Below, piece by piece: positions 1 through 7,108 of a stretch of DNA of 23,381 bases. How positions within the stretch are numbered: the stretch's first letter is position 1; every line of letters starts with the position of its first letter. The notes below the pieces were generated by a model. It did not search any database, was not told the DNA's origin, and saw only the letters and a program-made list of their open reading frames with translations. Origin of the DNA: Thermoplasmatota archaeon (lineage in GTDB: Archaea; Thermoplasmatota; Penumbrarchaeia; Penumbrarchaeales; Penumbrarchaeaceae); the NCBI GenBank assembly GCA_029762535.1, contig JARVGK010000026.1:19635-43015 (forward strand), written 5' to 3'. The translations under genes were made by a program, and so were the position numbers.

Positions 1-158
1 TTTTCCACATCATTACATAACATGGACTGGTCTCAGTCGGGAGAGGCAAAGCCTCTCCCTCCTCCCAACCAGTCCACTATTTTTCCACATCATTACATAA
101 CATGGACTGGTCTCAGTCGGGAGAGGCAAAGCCTCTCCCTCCTCCCAACCAGTCCACT
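1..158. repeat. Exact tandem direct repeat (78 bp identical, 80-bp period); each unit carries a nested inverted repeat
   Basis: 1-78 is identical to 81-158. In unit 1 the outer stem is TGGACTGGT (23-31)/ACCAGTCCA (68-76) and the inner stem is GGGAGAGGC (39-47)-AAA-GCCTCTCCC (51-59). Confidence 0.95.
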
Positions 159-317
159 CTAATAAATTTCTTATTTACGGACTGGAGGGATCTGAACCCT
201 TGGGTTCCTATTATCGCCAATATTGATGGATCATCACGGATCATAGGATGCAGGCAGTCCGAAGGACCGAGAAAGCATCTTGGGAACGTGGGCATCGAAA
301 TAGTTCCCGGGAAGATA

Positions 318-1328
318 TCACTGGATCCAATTCATCATGTTCCTGATATTTTGGGGGAGGACCGGGGGGCGGGGATCCTCTGCCGAAATGTGATACACTT
401 TCGGATAATCATCGATCAGCCCCCTTCGATGGTATTCGTCCATTATGCGGCTCGCATCCACGACGGCCGATCCAAGATCATCATGAACGGTCATGAGGAC
501 CTGTTCGTAGTTCGATTCGAGGTTCAGGATCGTCATATTGCATATCCCCTTCTCGATCTCCCTGAGGTCCTCTGCGGAATTATCCAGAAGGTCCAGTTTA
601 TGAACGCACAATATTCCCTTTCCTATCATGGGAAATCCGGGGATATTCCTTTCAACGATCAATCCTTCATCCCTGTACCTATTGCGATGACGTGCGATCG
701 AACCCCCGTTCTTGGACCCTGACCCTTCCTTCTCGCAGTCCACGGGGTTGTAGATATCAACGAGGCTCCTGAGGACCGAGGGATTGAAGGCATCATATTT
801 ACCGTTCATCAAGGAAATCTGTAGAGGGCACCCGTGCGAACAGTGGAGCAGCCCATGGTAATCGAACATGTTGTAGATATGCAGGTCCTTAAGGGGCATA
901 TCTATGAAGGTCGTCCTGTAGTGCAGGTCCGCAGGATACTTGGAGGTCAGCCTGTATCTGTCCAACTTCCACTCGGCCAGGTTGTGATAGGCCGCAATGG
1001 CCAGATGAGTGTCGATGTCGCTGTAATCGAAGATATCATGCATTGGACGATCGGCCATGGCGGGTTCCTCTCGGGGAACGATACGGGGGCGGAGGTTCTT
1101 AATAATTCTAAAGGTGAGGACATCCCAACCGATACTCCAGACCGCCGGTATTCCGATCCGTTTGAAAGAACCTGAATCCACGAGCTTCTTCCTGATGATA
1201 GAGAAAGAGGACTTGCTTATTCCCAGAACGGAGGAAAGGTCACGGTCGGATCTGCCCGGATGGCAGACGATGGCCCTCAAGACCATATCATCCTTAGGGC
1301 TCATCCCACCATATCGGGAAGCTTCCAT
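318..1328 (-). CDS. Tandem (internally duplicated) Lrp/AsnC-like winged-HTH transcription regulator
   Basis: N-terminal HTH VLRAIVCHPGRSDRDLSSVLGISKSSFSIIRKKLVDSG..IP...IG is echoed by a degenerate second copy VLRSLV...SIARHRNRYRDEGLIVERNIPGFPMIG. GGTGGAGGT RBS before the ATG; 21 bp downstream of the KaiC-like gene. Confidence 0.7.
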   Translation of the reverse strand: MEASRYGGMSPKDDMVLRAIVCHPGRSDRDLSSVLGISKSSFSIIRKKLVDSGSFKRIGIPAVWSIGWDVLTFRIIKNLRPRIVPREEPAMADRPMHDIFDYSDIDTHLAIAAYHNLAEWKLDRYRLTSKYPADLHYRTTFIDMPLKDLHIYNMFDYHGLLHCSHGCPLQISLMNGKYDAFNPSVLRSLVDIYNPVDCEKEGSGSKNGGSIARHRNRYRDEGLIVERNIPGFPMIGKGILCVHKLDLLDNSAEDLREIEKGICNMTILNLESNYEQVLMTVHDDLGSAVVDASRIMDEYHRRGLIDDYPKVYHISAEDPRPPVLPQNIRNMMNWIQ

Positions 1329-1349
1329 ACCTCCACCACTTGGACCGGC

Positions 1350-2045
1350 TCAGTTCACTACGGGGCTCAGTATCGAGATCCCGTTGTCGCCGATATCAAT
1401 GAGGTGCTTCTTCCTTGAGTGACGACAGGCCCTCATCTTTATGGCCTGCATATAGAGATGTATGTCGTGCTGGTGATCTATAGGCCCCATCTCGATGATG
1501 CCATCCGCAAGGAACATCTCCGATCCCAGGCCTTCCTCTATGTTCGAGAACCTGGGGGTCTCCATTATGATGAGTGATATCAGATTGTACTCCCTGAGCT
1601 TCTTGAAGAAATGGAAAACCCTGGACCTCAGATTCCTCGCCTCGATCAGCGAATATAGACCGCCCAGAGAGTCCAGGCCCAGCACCGTGAACTTGTCGCC
1701 TTCCTTCTCCTTGAAGAACTTTATGACCCCGTCCACCATGTCCAGGAAGTCCGGGTTGTCCCCGCCGAACTCGAATCTGCTCCTTATGTCGGAGTAATCG
1801 GATATCATAAGCCTCTCGGGCACTGACACCGAGAGGGAGTCCATGTTCCGCAAATGGGATATCGTGCTCTCCTCAAGCGTCAGATACATCCCGAAATCAC
1901 CGGTCCTCTCCACATGCTTGGACAGCATCTGGAAAACCGTTCCGGATTTCAGGCTGCCAGGCGGGCCATAGACGATGATTATGGAGCCAGGGTAGATATC
2001 GTTATAGAATATGTTGCTCATTCCTTCGATGCCGTCCCAGAACAT
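1350..2045 (-). CDS. KaiC/RAD55-family single-domain RecA-superfamily ATPase
   Basis: N-terminal GIEG, Walker A variant GPPGSLKS, YLTLEE, Walker B VLGLDSL, FLADGII, and C-terminal IKMR (KMR motif). Confidence 0.9.
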   Translation of the reverse strand: MFWDGIEGMSNIFYNDIYPGSIIIVYGPPGSLKSGTVFQMLSKHVERTGDFGMYLTLEESTISHLRNMDSLSVSVPERLMISDYSDIRSRFEFGGDNPDFLDMVDGVIKFFKEKEGDKFTVLGLDSLGGLYSLIEARNLRSRVFHFFKKLREYNLISLIIMETPRFSNIEEGLGSEMFLADGIIEMGPIDHQHDIHLYMQAIKMRACRHSRKKHLIDIGDNGISILSPVVN

Positions 2046-2091
2046 AAGTGTCCCTTCCCTCGTTTCGACCCCTTTCCATCTACCATTTACG

Positions 2092-2105
2092 ATATAACGT
2101 TTTCG
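2092..2105 (-). promoter_or_regulatory. Putative BRE-TATA promoter of the kaiC-like/Lrp-like operon
   Basis: Minus strand reads GAAAACGTTATAT about 50 nt upstream of the ATG at 2045. Confidence 0.45.
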
Positions 2106-2144
2106 GGGCCTGTCCGCGGATCCGGCAAATAATGAATAGCATCA

Positions 2145-2606
2145 ATGAGTTCTACGAGCATGAACTCGAGGTCCAATGATGAGGTCGCTCAGGCCATATC
2201 CGAATGGATCGACGAACTCAACGATCTCGAGGACGGCGCCCTCATGATCGTGGAGGGCAAGAAGGACGTCATAGCTATGACCAGGCTCGGGATCCGTCTA
2301 GAGATGGTCACATTGAACCTCGGCCTCTCGGTGATAGACCTCGTCGAGAGCATAGCCCAATCCAGGGGGCCGTTCTCCGAAAGGGATGCATGCTCGCTCC
2401 TCGTCATCATGACCGACTGGGACCGAAAAGGGGGCAAGCTCGCAAGGAGTTTAAAGGAGGCATGTCTCGGAGCGGGACTGGCCTGCGACATGGAGTTCCG
2501 TAGGAGGTTGGCGATCCTTACGGGCAGATGGATCAGGGACGTCGAATCCCTGCCGGGTCTGATCTCATCCCTACACCTTGAAGGCCCCATATCAGCGGGT
2601 ATGTGA
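2145..2606 (+). CDS. Stand-alone Toprim-domain protein (small primase-like/RNase M5-like)
   Basis: IVEGKKD and VIMTDWDRKG (DxD) Toprim motifs; about 150 aa. The start could be the second Met. Confidence 0.88.
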   Translation: MSSTSMNSRSNDEVAQAISEWIDELNDLEDGALMIVEGKKDVIAMTRLGIRLEMVTLNLGLSVIDLVESIAQSRGPFSERDACSLLVIMTDWDRKGGKLARSLKEACLGAGLACDMEFRRRLAILTGRWIRDVESLPGLISSLHLEGPISAGM

Positions 2607-4370
2607 GATCATCGATACCGCAGGCCCCCTAGCACCGGCGGACATCACGGGTCCGGGGAGAATGGCCCTGCCGACCCCCCTGTATTCCTCCTCGGTGCCT
2701 ACCAGCACGATATCTCCCGGGCGGATCCCCTCATCCGAGCCCTTTATACCCTGTGCGAACACCGTCCCCCTCGGGGAAAAATCGTCGATTATGACCCTTC
2801 TCCCCCCGCCGGATCCCCAAATGGCCCTCCCTCCATCCAGGGTAGGAACGGGGCCGCCTTTTCTCATCTCGGCGAAGTGAGTTCGATCGATGTATATCAA
2901 AGTCCTGTCCCTGATCGATCTCAGGGACGATCTGGAGTCCCAGGAAAGACAGGATGCGAGGGAGTAGTTCATCAAAGAGACGAGATCGATCGATCCGCGA
3001 TCGTGACCTGGTCCTTCGCCCCCGATCAGCTCCGAGAGGCTCCCGGCCAAAGCTGCCGGGTCCTTCTCGATGAGGAAGGGCAGACCGGAGATCCTACCCG
3101 ATCCGGCCTCATCGCGGAATATCTCACCCCCCTCTTGATGATGGCATACCACATGCGTGAATTTTCCCGAGTCTATGATCCGAAGGACGACATTTTTCAT
3201 CCGTTCGATCTCCTCGGGATACCATTCCCCCGTGACGGGTATGTCGTAATATGACGGAGGATAGAGCACGTCCAGCTCCATCGGAACCGCGCCAAGGGGG
3301 GACGTCAGCACAACTTGCTGACAGGCCTCTTTCAAATGCTTCACCCTGGCCAACTGGGCCCTTATCCTTTGATGTGTTCTTGAGGCCGAGTAGGGTTTCC
3401 TGGCAGAGCAGGGCAGGAGAAGGAGGACCCTCCTCATGGGAGGGGGCACGTATTCATTCATCATCCTGTGCGCCCACAACTGGAAGTCCGGGTCCCTGAT
3501 ATCGTCCCGATATGTTACGGGGCGTTCATCGGCCTTCCTGAACGAATGAGCGCATTCGAGCAGCCGGGGGTACGAGCCTGACTCGAACCTGCGCACCAGA
3601 GAGGCCATATCCGGTTTTCCGCTGATCTGACCCATCACATGCTCCCTGAGCCGCCCGAGTTTCAGATAGTTAACGCAGATGGAGAGCCTGCGCCGCATCA
3701 TATCGACGTTGTGCCTTCCCAAAGAAACGGCGTCATGATCGCGGCCCGAACAGTGATCGCAACTGCAGTACATGTCCGATCGCGGGTTGCGTTCCGCCGT
3801 CTCGACGCCATCGTCCGTGTAGATAAGACCTGAGGATGCGTCCCTATGCGCGCAGGACGTATCCATGATCTCCGCTCCCAGATAGAACATGGTCTCCAGG
3901 TTCCTGCCGTCAACAGCGCTCGAGAGATAGAGAGGAGGGTGGGACGCTCCCATCCTGGCCCTGGCGAGCACATCAGCAATGGTCTTCGTATCCCATCCGA
4001 TAAGGCCAATAAGGGAGATGACCGACGCCGGTGTCTGAACTCCTTCGATGAGGAGCCTGCTCCTCTTGTACTCGATCGCCCCCTTCAATCGACCGATGCC
4101 TTGAGACTCCATGTATCTGACGATGGGATCCTCCCATGGACCGGATGCGTTCCTATCCCTGACGATATCGAGCTTTTTTTCCGACCAACCATCCCCGAGC
4201 GCAACAAGCTCAACACCTGGTATCGTTCCCTCTAGGGAGATATTGATATCGATCAGAAGCGGGAGCGGGATCCTCTCACCGCTCATCTCTATGGAGCCCA
4301 ACCTCGATGGGCCGTCAACTATCTCGATCCTGTATGATATTTGGGGTTCTTCCGTCAAGGTCATCATCAT
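2592..4370 (-). CDS. arcS: Archaeosine synthase subunit alpha (ArcS/TgtA2)
   Basis: Degenerate TGT-like N-terminus with a CSCDHC...HN zinc site, then LLPCSARKPYSASRTH, LTSPLGAVPMEL, YDIPVTGEW, and a C-terminal PUA domain (GTVFAQGI..IRPGDIV..GVGRA). Confidence 0.9.
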   Translation of the reverse strand: MMMTLTEEPQISYRIEIVDGPSRLGSIEMSGERIPLPLLIDINISLEGTIPGVELVALGDGWSEKKLDIVRDRNASGPWEDPIVRYMESQGIGRLKGAIEYKRSRLLIEGVQTPASVISLIGLIGWDTKTIADVLARARMGASHPPLYLSSAVDGRNLETMFYLGAEIMDTSCAHRDASSGLIYTDDGVETAERNPRSDMYCSCDHCSGRDHDAVSLGRHNVDMMRRRLSICVNYLKLGRLREHVMGQISGKPDMASLVRRFESGSYPRLLECAHSFRKADERPVTYRDDIRDPDFQLWAHRMMNEYVPPPMRRVLLLLPCSARKPYSASRTHQRIRAQLARVKHLKEACQQVVLTSPLGAVPMELDVLYPPSYYDIPVTGEWYPEEIERMKNVVLRIIDSGKFTHVVCHHQEGGEIFRDEAGSGRISGLPFLIEKDPAALAGSLSELIGGEGPGHDRGSIDLVSLMNYSLASCLSWDSRSSLRSIRDRTLIYIDRTHFAEMRKGGPVPTLDGGRAIWGSGGGRRVIIDDFSPRGTVFAQGIKGSDEGIRPGDIVLVGTEEEYRGVGRAILPGPVMSAGARGPAVSMISHTR

Positions 4371-4792
4371 ACGTAGGATCGCATATCCTCTTTTCTGTAA
4401 TCCTTCCAGAGGGTATCGACCTTCTGCTTGATCTCCTCGATGTCAGACACCGTCTCGGAGGGCTTTCCGGGCTCCTTGGTCCGGAACAGGACCTTCTTCA
4501 CAGAATAGGACTTTGACGAGATATCGTCCCTCTTCAGGGCTGCGCCTACCATCTGATCGATATGCTCCATGATGTCATTGTAGGTCATCATCTGCTTGGG
4601 AATGATATGGACCGCGAATACCCCGGCGGAGCTTATCTCCACGATATCTACGACGATCTGCTCCTCGATACCCCTGTCCACCTCGTATCCGTCGAGGGCA
4701 TCCGCCAGCGCGAATATCTCCTCCCCGTTCAGATCGTCAACGTTGTCCAGGGCTATGATCACATCAAGGGAGTTCTGAACGATCACCGTCAA
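4367..4792 (-). CDS. Acidic hypothetical protein translationally coupled to arcS
   Basis: 141-aa ORF with TTG start, preceded by a BRE-TATA. Its stop overlaps the arcS start as ATGA (4367-4370). Codon usage is genome-typical. Confidence 0.75.
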   Translation of the reverse strand: MTVIVQNSLDVIIALDNVDDLNGEEIFALADALDGYEVDRGIEEQIVVDIVEISSAGVFAVHIIPKQMMTYNDIMEHIDQMVGAALKRDDISSKSYSVKKVLFRTKEPGKPSETVSDIEEIKQKVDTLWKDYRKEDMRSYV

Positions 4793-4822
4793 ACCGACAC
4801 CGCTCGTTGGAGAAAGTTGATG

Positions 4823-4838
4823 TATATTTAACCTTTCG
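4823..4838 (-). promoter_or_regulatory. BRE-TATA promoter for the hypothetical-arcS operon
   Basis: Minus strand reads CGAAAGGTTAAATATA about 30 nt upstream of the TTG at 4792. Confidence 0.6.
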
Positions 4839-4859
4839 GAACGGTTGTCGAAAAGAGTC

Positions 4860-5681
4860 TCAGGTGTCCTCGGATCCCATTTTCAGGACGTATGTCACGT
4901 TCCTGCCGTCCTTTCGCTTCTCGACCAGACCGAGCTTTTCAAGACGGTCCATATGCCAGTGGACGGTGGAGGCTGAGATCCCGACCTCATTTACGACATC
5001 GCTCTGGGCGGCAGGGCCCGTCTCGAGGAGGGCCAGAATACGGCCTGCGGTGGGATTGGATATCACCGACCGGACCTCGTCCTGGGCGGACTGGTCCTCC
5101 ACTCTTTTGTATCCCATTCCCGCCGGATAGTACCTTCTCTCCTTGAGGCCTTTGTGGGAGTAGATGTTGCCCCTCTTCTCCAGCCTCCTGAGATGATAGG
5201 ATACCGCGCCCTGAGAGAGCTGCAGCTCGTTCCTTATACCGGTCAGGTTTATGCCGGGATTGACGGATATGAGGTCCATTAGATCGTTGCGGACCATGTT
5301 CTCGTGCCTGGACGATTCCATATATGCCCTCCCCGTCACCCCGATGAACAGAAGGCATGCGACCAGTGTAGCGACCGCTATATATGGAATTATCTTCAAG
5401 TGAAAGGGATCCTCATTATAGCTATCGTTTTGGGATGGGGGATTCTCGTATGCAACTTCGCCTTCAGAGGTCCTATCCGTCCCGTTGGGGTTATCGTCCA
5501 TGGCAGGGGCCGGTTCCCCGCCGAGATCTTTCTCCATGCCATCGTCGGCCCCCCTGAGATCAAGAGCGCCTTCTGAGGAAGAGGGGCTATAGAATGCCAG
5601 GAAGGCGGTGGATACGGCTCCCAACATCGCCAAGGCCAGTGTAGCTACGATGATTGCCATGTAGGTCGATCTTCGGTCCAT
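4860..5681 (-). CDS. Membrane-anchored transcription regulator with two ArsR-like winged-HTH domains
   Basis: N-terminal hydrophobic helix, acidic linker, second TM helix (IIPYIAVATLVACLLFIGV), then NPGINLTGIRNELQLSQGAVSYHLRRLEKRG and AAQSDVVNEVGISASTVHWHMDRLEKLGLV. Confidence 0.85.
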   Translation of the reverse strand: MDRRSTYMAIIVATLALAMLGAVSTAFLAFYSPSSSEGALDLRGADDGMEKDLGGEPAPAMDDNPNGTDRTSEGEVAYENPPSQNDSYNEDPFHLKIIPYIAVATLVACLLFIGVTGRAYMESSRHENMVRNDLMDLISVNPGINLTGIRNELQLSQGAVSYHLRRLEKRGNIYSHKGLKERRYYPAGMGYKRVEDQSAQDEVRSVISNPTAGRILALLETGPAAQSDVVNEVGISASTVHWHMDRLEKLGLVEKRKDGRNVTYVLKMGSEDT

Positions 5682-5766
5682 CTGAAGTTTTTCACCCCTG
5701 GATCGATACTTAAAACTTGCGGAGCATCCATCGAAACGATGGCTCGCCCGCTTCGCTACCGTATTT

Positions 5767-5805
5767 AAAAAAGAAAAAAAAAATCCGGTATCGACCGGAA
5801 AAAAA
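5767..5805 (-). terminator. Strong terminator downstream of the CC1-like gene
   Basis: On the minus strand a T-run is followed by hairpin TCCGGT-CGAT-ACCGGA (5784-5799) and then T10-C-T6 (5767-5783). The element begins about 8 nt after the stop codon. Confidence 0.85.
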
Positions 5806-5813
5806 GGACCGCT

Positions 5814-5984
5814 CTATTTCTTCAACTCGGCGGCCTGCTTCGCAGATAGGATCTTCCAGCACTCGTGCTTTCCCGTCGGGGATTTTGCGACCGCGAAGAA
5901 CCTTCCGCTCTTTTCCCTGATGTCGTACTTGGTGGTCTTGAACTTGGTCTTGGCCTTTACGTCGAAGAACTCTACTTCCTTCAT
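5814..5984 (-). CDS. Small basic protein, CC1-like chromatin/nucleoid-associated protein (56 aa; not in ORF track)
   Basis: Manual translation: MKEVEFFDVKAKTKFKTTKYDIREKSGRFFAVAKSPTGKHECWKILSAKQAAELKK. GGAGG RBS, upstream AT-rich TATA-like element and its own terminator. The F-x-D-(I/V)-K-A-K-x-x-F-x-T-x-x-Y...EK...FAVAKSP..TG pattern matches Thermoproteales CC1 as I recall it. Confidence 0.85.
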   Translation of the reverse strand: MKEVEFFDVKAKTKFKTTKYDIREKSGRFFAVAKSPTGKHECWKILSAKQAAELKK

Positions 5985-6029
5985 TCTTTTCCCTCCGTTC
6001 TGTTAGAACGACCGAATAATGGATGTCAC

Positions 6030-6042
6030 GTATTAATATTTG
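6030..6042 (-). promoter_or_regulatory. Putative TATA element for the CC1-like gene
   Basis: Minus strand CAAATATTAATAC, an AT-rich island about 46-58 nt upstream of the ATG at 5984. Confidence 0.5.
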
Positions 6043-6076
6043 TTCATCGGAGATGGTGAAAAAGGCCTGTTCAAGC

Positions 6077-7108
6077 TCATTTTTCCGCGGGATCGAGCTC
6101 GAACGATACCTCCGGCAGACCGCTGTTCAGTACCATGGCCTCAAGTACGTCCTCGAGACCCTCGCCCTCCAGCGCCGAGAGGGTGATATACTCCACTACG
6201 CGGTCCCCGTATCGGGATACGGCCTCATCGATGGATGAAAGGTCCGGCTGACCAAGGTCCATCTTGTTCACGCATATTATGAACCTCATGTCCTCGAGAT
6301 TGCGAACGAGGCTGTCGAGCAGTTTCAGCTGAGGTTCCAACGGAAAACCGCAGTGGCCTGTTGGATCCAACATGTATATGCAGAGGTCGGATAGAAGGGA
6401 AAGGGCCAGGATCGACTGTTTCTCTATGATGTTCCTCTCCTCGAAGGTTCGATCCAGGAGGCCTGGCGTATCGACCAACTGGTATTTCGCGCGCCCTCTG
6501 GTGAAATATCCTACGATCAGATCGTGAGTGGTGAATGGGTAGGGGGCGACCTCCGGTTTGGCGGTGGAGATGGCCCTTATCAACTGGGACTTGCCCACGC
6601 TGGGGTATCCGGCTATGACAACGGTGGGCAGGCTCGTGGGGATCGAGGGCAGCCGCTTGAAACCGTCCCTGACGCGGGAGAGGGTTCTGAGGTCCTCGTC
6701 CAGGGCATTGACTATGGAGGATATCCTCCCGTAGGCCTCCGCCCTCTTCATGTCCATGTAGGGGGTCTTCGCCGTCCTGGTTATCTGACGCTTTGTCTTC
6801 CCCGCTATGACAACGATCTGTTTTCTGGCGCCGTCGATCCTTCCGAGTATCCTTCTGATGTCGTCTATCGGGTAGAGCAGGTCTATCAGGGCCATGTAGA
6901 AAGGAGGAATGTTCCCGAAGCTGGGGAAGGCCTTCACATAGCCTTCGAGGGTGCTGTCTATGACCGAGGAGAAGCTGTCCACCTTGGAGAGGTTGAGCTT
7001 CTGCATCCTGAACCTGTAATCAGGATCGGAGACCTGGACCTTCATCGATCTCCGATTCGCCTTGTCCAGAATCTCCTGGGAGGTCATGATGGTCGGTATC
7101 TGGAACAT
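6077..7108 (-). CDS. NOG1-family (Obg superfamily) ribosome-biogenesis GTPase
   Basis: G1 GYPSVGKS, G2 YPFTT, G3 DTPGLLDR, G4 NKMD, G5 SAL, plus the NOG1 N-terminal helical region (FPSF..PPFY..L). Confidence 0.93.
   Translation of the reverse strand: MFQIPTIMTSQEILDKANRRSMKVQVSDPDYRFRMQKLNLSKVDSFSSVIDSTLEGYVKAFPSFGNIPPFYMALIDLLYPIDDIRRILGRIDGARKQIVVIAGKTKRQITRTAKTPYMDMKRAEAYGRISSIVNALDEDLRTLSRVRDGFKRLPSIPTSLPTVVIAGYPSVGKSQLIRAISTAKPEVAPYPFTTHDLIVGYFTRGRAKYQLVDTPGLLDRTFEERNIIEKQSILALSLLSDLCIYMLDPTGHCGFPLEPQLKLLDSLVRNLEDMRFIICVNKMDLGQPDLSSIDEAVSRYGDRVVEYITLSALEGEGLEDVLEAMVLNSGLPEVSFELDPAEK

Noticed and set aside
1-158. CRISPR array interpretation of the terminal repeat
   Set aside because: The units are identical over their whole length with no variable spacers, and no cas genes are present.
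1-158. Known riboswitch, C/D box RNA or tRNA
   Set aside because: GCAAAGCC and CTGA/ATGATG fragments occur, but not in the order or structural context of c-di-GMP-I, C/D box or cloverleaf consensus. An Rfam search would be needed to exclude these fully.
102-722. 206-aa plus-strand ORF
   Set aside because: It starts inside the repeat, is largely antisense to the Lrp-like gene and has no recognisable motifs.
5717-6059. Plus-strand ORFs 5717-5920 and 5865-6059
   Set aside because: They are antisense to the CC1-like gene. The poly-Lys run is just the terminator A-tract.
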